Position numbers and translations under genes: made by a program. From the NCBI GenBank assembly GCA_027925225.1, contig AP027131.1, forward strand, positions 261,919 through 285,918: DNA of 24,000 nucleotides. Direction: 5' to 3'. Below the pieces are notes generated by a model. It worked only from the letters and a program-made list of their open reading frames with translations. It did no database searches and was not told the origin of the DNA. Origin of the DNA: Candidatus Hepatoplasma vulgare. GTDB lineage: Bacteria > Bacillota_I > Bacilli_A > Mycoplasmatales > Hepatoplasmataceae. How positions within the stretch are numbered: the stretch's first letter is position 1; every line of letters begins with the position of its first letter. Below, piece by piece: positions 11,238-18,043 of the stretch.

Positions 11238-11249
11238 ATTTAAAAAATT

Positions 11250-11537
11250 TTAATAAAGATCATTTGCGAATTTATCTAATAATTCAACAGATGGTGAAAG
11301 AAGATAAGTTTTAGAAGAGACTTTTTTATGTTTTCCATTCATTGCATAAAGCACACCCGAAACGAAATCTACTATTCTTAAAATTTCATTTTCACTTACA
11401 TTTTCAAAATCAACAATTAAAACATTTCCTTTTCTAAGCTCGGCAGCCATTTCTTTTGCATCTATAAAAGATTTTGGTTGAAATTTTAATAATTCTGAGT
11501 TTTTTATTTGTTTTTTATTTTTTTTATTAAATGCCAT
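11250..11537 (-). CDS. sepF: cell division protein SepF (DUF552, 95 aa)
   Basis: FQPKSFIDAKEMAAELRKGNVLIVDFENVSENEILRIVDFVSGVLYAMNG fits the SepF core pattern (P.sf.da..i......vi.nl......a.Ri.DF..G..ya..G). The gene lies directly downstream of ftsZ. A strong SD, GGAGGA, sits 3 nt before the ATG. Confidence 0.8.
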   Translation of the reverse strand: MAFNKKNKKQIKNSELLKFQPKSFIDAKEMAAELRKGNVLIVDFENVSENEILRIVDFVSGVLYAMNGKHKKVSSKTYLLSPSVELLDKFANDLY

Positions 11538-11545
11538 GATTCCTC

Positions 11546-12727
11546 CTAATTTTCTAGTAGTGATAATCCTGAAAAGATATCATCATCCTTCTCTTTTTTA
11601 ACTTCATTTTGTTTTTTATTTCTTAAATTCATTTCTTGAGTTACATGTTGTTTAAATGATTCAAGATCAATTTCTTCATAATCATCTTTTCTATTTGCGC
11701 TTTTTTCTGCTGGTATTCCTTCAAATTCTTTTATTTGAGTAAGGCCAGTTGCAATTACAGAAACAACAATTTCATCACCCATTTCTTCATTTATAGTAAC
11801 TCCGAATATTACATCAACAGTTGAGTTTGCTGCTTCTTTTATAGTTTGAACGGCCTCTTGCGCTTGTTTTAAAGTAAGTGTTGCTGGTGAGCCAAGAACA
11901 TTCACAATTGCATTTTTAGCTCCTTCAATTGAAGATTCTAAAATTGGAGATTGAATTGCTTGAATTGCTGCCTCAACGGCTGCATCTTCCCCTGATGCTT
12001 TACCTGTTCCAATTAATGCTAATCCTTGATTTTGAATTACAGCTTTTACATCTGCAAAATCTAGATTAATTAAAGAATGTTTATTTATTAAATCTGCTAT
12101 TGTACGAACGGCATTTTTTAAAGTTGCATCTGAAAAACGAAAAGAATCAGTAATTGAAAAAGAACCAAGTTCAGCAAGTAATCTATTATTTGAAACTACA
12201 ATAATTGAATCTACATGGTCTTTTAATTCTGTCATTCCTTGTTTTGCATTTTTTCCTCTTGTTATTCCTTCGAAATCAAAAGGTGTAGTTATAATACCAA
12301 CAACAAGTGCTCCTGCTTCTTTTGCAATTTTTGCAATTATAGGAGCGGCACCAGTTCCTGTTCCACCACCCATTCCTGCTGCAACAAATACAAGATCAGT
12401 ATTTTTTACTAATTCTTTAATATCGTTTGCTGATTCTTCTGCTGCTTTTTTTCCAATCTCTGGATTTGCACCAGCACCAAGTCCTTTTGTTAAACTTTCT
12501 CCTAAAATAATTCTATTTTCTGGAGGTAATTTAGAATCATTTAATGCTTGTACATCAGTATTTGCAACATAAAATTCAAGTCCTGTGATTTTGTCTTCTA
12601 ACATTTTATTTACAGCATTAGAACCTCCGCCACCTACTCCAAATACCTTTATTTTTGCTCCTTTTTTTTCTTCTTTATAAAAATCAAGAGTGTCAAAATT
12701 TTTGTTTGTTTCCATTTTTTTCTCCAT
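11546..12727 (-). CDS. ftsZ: cell division GTPase FtsZ (393 aa)
   Basis: The protein has GVGGGGSNAVNKM, the tubulin signature GMGGGTGTGAAPIIA, and NLDFADVK. An acidic/basic linker ends in DDDIFSGLSLLEN. The first ATG (12725-12727) abuts GAGG. The second in-frame ATG (12713-12715) has better SD spacing, so the true start may be 4 codons downstream. Confidence 0.96.
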   Translation of the reverse strand: MEKKMETNKNFDTLDFYKEEKKGAKIKVFGVGGGGSNAVNKMLEDKITGLEFYVANTDVQALNDSKLPPENRIILGESLTKGLGAGANPEIGKKAAEESANDIKELVKNTDLVFVAAGMGGGTGTGAAPIIAKIAKEAGALVVGIITTPFDFEGITRGKNAKQGMTELKDHVDSIIVVSNNRLLAELGSFSITDSFRFSDATLKNAVRTIADLINKHSLINLDFADVKAVIQNQGLALIGTGKASGEDAAVEAAIQAIQSPILESSIEGAKNAIVNVLGSPATLTLKQAQEAVQTIKEAANSTVDVIFGVTINEEMGDEIVVSVIATGLTQIKEFEGIPAEKSANRKDDYEEIDLESFKQHVTQEMNLRNKKQNEVKKEKDDDIFSGLSLLEN

Positions 12728-12734
12728 CCTCAGG

Positions 12735-13934
12735 TTATATGTAATTGTAATATTTTCTTAATTTATCTTTTAACATTAATATAATATTTTTTCTTTTTAA
12801 AAAAGAATTATCTAATTTAAAATCTTGATTTTGCTTAATATTTATTTTCATAATATTATTATTAATATTTTTTTCAATTTCATAAATTGAACCCATTGCA
12901 ATTATTTCTGTAGTTGAATTTATTCCAACAAGATTTGATTTGTAAATTGAAACATTTTTAATATTTAATCTGTTTTTTGCATAATCTTCAAAACCATTTA
13001 ACCTTGTTATTTGGCCAGAAAATACAATTTCATAATCATTAATGTTTGTCTCTCTTACTTTGTTTATTATATCCTTTAAAATATCATTTACAGCAAATGT
13101 AATTATCTTTGAAAGATCTTTTTTAGAAAAAATAATCTTTTCTCCTATAAGATTTCTGCCATTAAAAATTATTCTATTATCTTTTATTATTTCAGGTGGA
13201 ATATTTCCAAATGTAAAAAATAAATATCTTGCATAATCAATTGTAAGTTTGTACTGATTTGCTATTTTTCTATAAATAAAATTTAATCCTTGGTTTCTTT
13301 TTAAAAATGAAGCTAATTTTTCTTCTCTTAAATAATAGAAAGAAGTAAATTTATCTTCTACTTGTATATTAATTATTTTTTTGGATTTATTCATATAAGG
13401 TTTAAGGGCCTCAAAAATTGCATCTTTAGATGAAATTATTTTTGTTATTCTAATATCAAAAGTTTCAAGATATTTTTTTATATCTTCAACAATTTTTTTA
13501 TTCACATATTCATAAGAAATTTTTAATTTTTTGTGAAGTGGAGTTTCTGTTTTTTCTTCAAGTTTATAATTTATGAGTAAAAGTTTTCCATCATTATTTA
13601 ATTCTCCATTTATTATGTTAAAGAAAGTTTCAGTTGTTTTTTCAGTTGTTTTAATATCATAATTTTTTACTTCAATTAATGTACCAAAAGTGTTTATTGT
13701 TAAAAAAATATCATTAATTTTATTAATAGCAATAATTTTATTTACATCTTGTTTCATTTTTGGAATTCATGATAAATCAAAACTTGCAAGATTGTCTTTG
13801 TCTATTTCTCTTGTATTATCTGATTCATATTCATATTCTTTAGAAAGTAAAACATGTCAACCATTTGATGTTTTCTTAAAAAGAATGACCAATGCATTTG
13901 TATCCTTGATTTCTATTAATAAAATTTTATTCAT
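12735..13934 (-). CDS. ftsA: divergent FtsA-like (actin-fold) cell division protein (399 aa)
   Basis: Track ORF 12735-13757 extends upstream through TGA codons at 13767 and 13857 to the ATG at 13932-13934. That start overlaps the rsmH stop by 8 nt. The gene sits between rsmH and ftsZ, as ftsA does in the Mycoplasma mycoides group. Weak FtsA-like segments are LLIEIKDTNALVIL (phosphate-1 position), IVFSGQITRLNGFEDYAKNRL (adenosine-motif position) and IIAMGSIYEI. The family call rests mainly on synteny. Confidence 0.55.
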
Positions 13935-14829
13935 AATATTTTTTTATACTCCTTAGTTTTGCTGATCGTGCTTGTTTGTTTTTTTCTATTTCTTCTTTTG
14001 TTGGCCGAATAGATTTTGATGTTTTAAATTTAGACTTAATTTCAAAAGGTGTTATTTCTTGAATTTTTTTTGCTTCTCCAAATATCTTTTTTATTGTTCT
14101 ATCTTCTAATGAATGAAAACTAATTACAATAATGATTCCGCCTTTTTTTAAAACATCTAGACTTTGATTTAAAGCAGATTTTAGATTTGAAATTTCATCA
14201 TTTGTTTCAATTCTTAAAGCCTGGAAAATATTTTTAGAAGGATGTTTTCTCTTATCGTATCCTTTGGTTTTTTTTATAATTTCATTCAAGGTTGTGTTTG
14301 TTAATATCTTTTCTTTTTCTCTTGCTTCTATAATAATTTTTGCTAAATAAGAAGCTCTTTTTTCATCTCCATATTCTTTAAAAATTTTTGTAAGAGAATT
14401 AAGATCATATTCATTTAAAATTTTTATTGCATCTTTTTCTTGTTTTTGATTCATTCTCATATCAAGTAAAATATTTTCTCCATGATATGAGAATCCTCTA
14501 TCTTCTGTTGTTAATTGATAATATGATGTACCTAAATCAAATAAAATTCCATCAACTTTTTCAATTTTTAATTCTTTTAATGTTTCTTCTATTTTATTAA
14601 AATTCTTATTTATAAAAGTTATGTTTGTAAATTTTTTAAGTCTTTTTTTTGCAAATTCAAGTGCTTTTTCATCTTGATCAAAAGCAATTATTTTTATTGT
14701 TTTATTTTTTTTTAAAATTGCTTCACTATGTCCACCAAGTCCAAGAGTTGCATCAATATAAATTCCATTATCTTTTATCTCTAATCTTTTAATAACTTCA
14801 TTTATAAGAATTGAATTGTGGTAGAACAT
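13927..14829 (-). CDS. rsmH: 16S rRNA (cytosine1402-N4)-methyltransferase RsmH/MraW (300 aa)
   Basis: The N-terminus HNSILINEVIKRLEIKDNGIYIDATLGLGGHSEAIL is the RsmH N-terminal SAM-binding signature. Further matches are ILFDLGTSYYQL, SFHSLEDRTIK and RSAKLR. The ORF is intact and follows mraZ after a 3-nt gap. Confidence 0.93.
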   Translation of the reverse strand: MFYHNSILINEVIKRLEIKDNGIYIDATLGLGGHSEAILKKNKTIKIIAFDQDEKALEFAKKRLKKFTNITFINKNFNKIEETLKELKIEKVDGILFDLGTSYYQLTTEDRGFSYHGENILLDMRMNQKQEKDAIKILNEYDLNSLTKIFKEYGDEKRASYLAKIIIEAREKEKILTNTTLNEIIKKTKGYDKRKHPSKNIFQALRIETNDEISNLKSALNQSLDVLKKGGIIIVISFHSLEDRTIKKIFGEAKKIQEITPFEIKSKFKTSKSIRPTKEEIEKNKQARSAKLRSIKKYYE

Positions 14830-14832
14830 TTT

Positions 14833-15273
14833 TTAATCCTTATTTTTTTTATTTTCTGAAATTTTTTCTGCTGCTTCTTCGATACTTATTTTATCTTCAG
14901 ACATTAGTTCTTCTCAAGCTTCAGAAGCAATAATTTCTATTTTATTTCCTGTTCCAATTACTTGCACAGTTTTTTTCATTTTTGCTTGTTCTAATAAAGA
15001 TTTAGGAATAAGAATTCTTCCTTTTAAATCTATTGTGATATACATTGAATTTCCAAGTATTTTTCTTTGTAATATACGAGCTTCTCTATTTAAGTAACTC
15101 ATACTTAGTAGTAGTCCAGATCATTTTTCAAATTCGTTTTGTGGTCTGAGAACAAGGGTGTTTTCAAATTCTAAAGAAATTACAATTTCTTTTTCAAGAA
15201 AAGTTCTGAAGGCTTTTGGTATCATAAGTCTTCCTTTTTCATCTACTGAAGTGTTGTAACTTCCAATATTTAA
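14833..15273 (-). CDS. mraZ: transcriptional regulator MraZ (about 146 aa, non-ATG start)
   Basis: The protein has two SpoVT/AbrB-type MraZ repeats: NTSVDEKGRLMIPKAFR and ITIDLKGRILIPKSLL. Track ORF 14914-15102 extends downstream through TGA at 14914 to TAA at 14833-14835. It extends upstream through TGA at 15121. An in-frame TAG at 15295-15297 bounds the N-terminus. No ATG, GTG or TTG lies between that TAG and the first DxKGR motif. TTA (15271-15273) aligns with the usual MraZ Met, and ATT (15265-15267) is the alternative. Confidence 0.8.
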
Positions 15274-15279
15274 TTTTTT

Positions 15280-15309
15280 CCCACTTTTTCCCACTACACA
15301 ATTATTATA
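15280..15309 (-). promoter_or_regulatory. candidate mraZ promoter -10 box plus MraZ operator (GTGGG direct repeats)
   Basis: The minus strand reads CTATAATAATTGTGTAGTGGGAAAAAGTGGGAAAAAATTA. TATAAT is at plus 15304-15309. Two perfect AGTGGGAAAA repeats have a 10-bp period, with GTGGG at plus 15290-15294 and 15280-15284. A degenerate TGTGTA lies just upstream. All of this ends 6 nt before the proposed start codon. Confidence 0.45.
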
Positions 15310-15352
15310 GTCATATTCTTTAAATTTATATTTTCAAAATAAGCTAAAATTA

Positions 15353-15379
15353 AAAAAACCTTATTTAAAAAGGTTTTTT
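15353..15379. terminator. rho-independent terminator after nusB, insulating the mraZ promoter
   Basis: The hairpin is aaaaaacctt (15353-15362) / aaggtttttt (15370-15379) with a 7-nt loop and A/T runs on both sides. It lies 24 nt downstream of the nusB stop. Confidence 0.55.
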
Positions 15380-15402
15380 ATTAATTATTTTTTTTACTAG
15401 AA

Positions 15403-15801
15403 TTATTTTAGTTTATCTAGAATTCCATTTATATATTTATAAGAATCAATATTACAATATTTTTTTGCAAAAATAACAGATTCATTAATAACTATTTGTT
15501 TTTTGTTTTTAAAAATAATTATTTCACAGGAACCATTAATTAAAACAGATTTTTCAAGATAATCAATTCTACTTCAATCTCAATTTAAAGATTTTTCTTT
15601 TATTAGTTTTTCTATATAAGGAATATTATCGAAGATTTTCTCTATAGCATTTTGTTGCTCTAAAGTAAAATCATATTCTTCTAAATTTTGATGTAATTCT
15701 TTTTTTGCTTCTTCTATATCTAATTTTAATAAATAATATTTATAAATAAAGAAAATTCTATTTTCTCTATTTCTAAGATCAAATTCATGTAAGTAATTCA
15801 T
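15403..15801 (-). CDS. nusB: transcription antitermination factor NusB (132 aa)
   Basis: Track ORF 15580-15801 continues through TGA codons at 15580 and 15574 to TAA at 15403-15405. NWDWSRIDYLEKSVLINGSCEII and VINESVIFAKKYCNIDSYKYINGILDKL match the conserved NusB C-terminal helices (w...rl...e..iLr....El, vinEav.lak.f......kfvNgvLd). Confidence 0.75.
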
Positions 15802-15983
15802 TATTTTTCTTTTATATCAATTACTTTTTTATTTTTATAATATCCACAATTTTGACAAACATTATGTGCTTTAAGAGAAGCTCCACAATTTGAACACAAT
15901 GATGTGTTTGGAACATCAACTTTTTGATGAGTTTGTCTCTTTGCTTTTCTTGTTTTTGAAGTTCTTCTAAACGGTATTGCCAT
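15801..15983 (-). CDS. rpmF: 50S ribosomal protein L32 (60 aa)
   Basis: The N-terminus is MAIPFRRTSKTRKAKRQTH, followed by the zinc ribbon CSNCG...CQNCGYY. A strong SD, GAGGGGGA, lies upstream. The stop overlaps the nusB ATG (TAATG). Confidence 0.93.
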   Translation of the reverse strand: MAIPFRRTSKTRKAKRQTHQKVDVPNTSLCSNCGASLKAHNVCQNCGYYKNKKVIDIKEK

Positions 15984-16099
15984 AAATCCCCCTCTTTTTA
16001 TTTATAAAACCATTAAATACAATAAATATTGATAAAATAAAATTGTTATGTTTTTTATTAAAATAACTTTAATTATTATAACAAAATAGTAATTCTATT

Positions 16100-17062
16100 A
16101 TGAAAATGATTAAAAAAAGTTTGTTAGATTTAAAGAAATGGGAAAAATTTTTATTAATTTTTACTTTGGCTTTTACTCTTCTTTATTTCATTTTTTTTCT
16201 TACTTTTGTAAATTCAAAAAGTAATGAGTGAATACTTATTTTAATTGCAACAATTACTATAGATTTTGGTATTGTGGGTGAAATATTTAGCGAAAAAAGA
16301 AATATACATAATTATTTAGTGGGTGGAATCCATGTTCTTTTTTATAGTCTGCTTGCTTTTAATGCGAAATATTATAGTTCTTTTGCTTTAAATTTTTTCT
16401 TTTTTTTACCAATGCAATTTATTGGATTTTATTTTTGAAGAAAAAATGTTGATAGTGAGCAAAAATATGAAAATGTAAAAACTTTTAAAAGAACAAGTTT
16501 AATATTTTTTCTTTTTTTAACAATTTTATTTTATTTTGTTTTTTCTTTTCTTTTTAAAAGTAAAACAGATGATCCTTTACCATTTGTAGAATCGGCTGGC
16601 ACATGACTTTCAATTGTTGCGATGTTTTTAATGATTTATGGTTTTTGGGAACAATGAATACTCTGAATAATTGTTAATTTAATAACAATTGGGATGTGAG
16701 CTTATAGTTTTAGTAGCTCAATTGGTACATATGATGCATCATTTTATTTTTCATTTGAATTAATTTATATGTGAATTATTTACTTAATTATTTCAATAGT
16801 AGGACTTACAAATTGAAGAAAAAAATATAAAAGCGAAAAGGTTTTTAAAGTTTTGAAAAACAAAAATATGATAAATATATCTCAAGTATCTTTAAGTAAA
16901 AAATTTAATGTTCAAAACTACAAATATTATTATTCGAAAGATTTTTTAACTTATAATTTTGAAAATATTAAAATAAATTTTTTTGATTTGAATTACTTAA
17001 TTCCTAAAAATATTTTAAAAGATATAAACTTAGAAAATAAAAATTATTTTTTATATAATTAG
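16100..17062 (+). CDS. pnuC: PnuC-like nicotinamide riboside transporter with C-terminal extension (320 aa)
   Basis: I verified a continuous frame triplet by triplet from the ATG at 16100 to TAG at 17060-17062, with 9 in-frame TGA codons. The protein has about 7 hydrophobic helices. The Trp-rich segment FWEQWILWIIVNLITIGMW resembles the PnuC (E/Q)NW..W...N substrate-site motif. About 75 residues of Asn/Lys-rich tail follow the last helix. Confidence 0.55.
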
Positions 17063-17097
17063 TTTTTAAGAGTAAAACTAATAATGGAGATAAAATT

Positions 17098-17457
17098 ATG
17101 CCTAGTAGAAAAACAATTATCGGAAGTAAAGCATTATTAATAAGTGCAATTGGAGAGCATGAGTTTGCTACTCAAATTTTTGATTTTACAAAGATAAGAG
17201 AAATTAGAGCCGATTTAGATGCTTTGGAAGTAAAAATTCTTACAACATTTGATGATTCTTTTTATCGTGTTTTTAAAATTAATCTTGAAAATTCTGAAGA
17301 TAAAGAAAAATTTGAAGAAGGAAAAAAAGTATTAATAAAATTTTATAATGATTTACTAAATGCTTCAATGAGATTTTCAAAAGAAGAAATTGAACAATTA
17401 TCAAAAAACATAAAAGAAAGACAAAATGAAAAACAATCAAGAAAACAAATCAAATAA
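17098..17457 (+). CDS. hypothetical protein (119 aa, charged helical C-terminus)
   Basis: This is an intact ORF with a GGAG SD 8 nt upstream. No recognisable family motif was found. Confidence 0.55.
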   Translation: MPSRKTIIGSKALLISAIGEHEFATQIFDFTKIREIRADLDALEVKILTTFDDSFYRVFKINLENSEDKEKFEEGKKVLIKFYNDLLNASMRFSKEEIEQLSKNIKERQNEKQSRKQIK

Positions 17458-17487
17458 ATTTTTAAAATAATATAAAGGTTTAAGAAA

Positions 17488-18042
17488 ATGAGTAATAAAA
17501 ATTTAGTTTTAGTTATAGCAACAGATGGTTTTGAAGATGTTGAATTAGTTTTAGTAAGAGATATTCTTATTAGACAAGGATATGATGTTGATCTTGCATT
17601 TGATACTGATAAGGAATATGTATTTTCAACTTATGGATTAAAAATAAAAGTAGATTTAAGACTTGACAATATTTTAGGTTCTTTAGGACAATACAGAGCA
17701 TTATATATTCCTGGGGGAATTGGTGTTGAAAAATTAGAAAAAAACCCTTCGGTATATAAAATAGTTCAACATTTTTATGAAAATAATAAATATATTGGTG
17801 CATTATGTATGGCTCCAATAATACTTGCGAATGCAAAAATTCTTAATGGTAAAAGAGCAATAGTTTATCCAAATAAAAAATATCAAGAAATTTTAATTAA
17901 AGAGGGAGCTCATTTAGAAGCAACTAAATGTAAATATGATGAATCTTGTTCTGTTGTAATAGACGGTAAAATAATTACTGGACTTGATATGTATACTTCA
18001 TTTAAATTTGCAAATGAATTTGTTAAACTCATAGGAAAATAA
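17488..18042 (+). CDS. DJ-1/PfpI/ThiJ family protein (184 aa)
   Basis: VLVIATDGFEDVELV, LYIPGGIG and the nucleophile-elbow segment IGALCMAPIILA (conserved Cys) are typical of the DJ-1/PfpI fold. Confidence 0.85.
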   Translation: MSNKNLVLVIATDGFEDVELVLVRDILIRQGYDVDLAFDTDKEYVFSTYGLKIKVDLRLDNILGSLGQYRALYIPGGIGVEKLEKNPSVYKIVQHFYENNKYIGALCMAPIILANAKILNGKRAIVYPNKKYQEILIKEGAHLEATKCKYDESCSVVIDGKIITGLDMYTSFKFANEFVKLIGK

Positions 18043-18043
18043 A

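Noticed and set aside
11059-11249. ToxI-like tandem repeat array (type III antitoxin) upstream of the MazF/ToxN-like ORF.
   Set aside because: I could find no tandem direct repeats of about 30-40 nt. There are only short, imperfect similarities such as GGTGAGG / GGTGAGTGG and ATTATTAA / ATTATTGA. A classic type III repeat antitoxin is therefore not supported. The region is reported only as a non-repeat structured RNA candidate.
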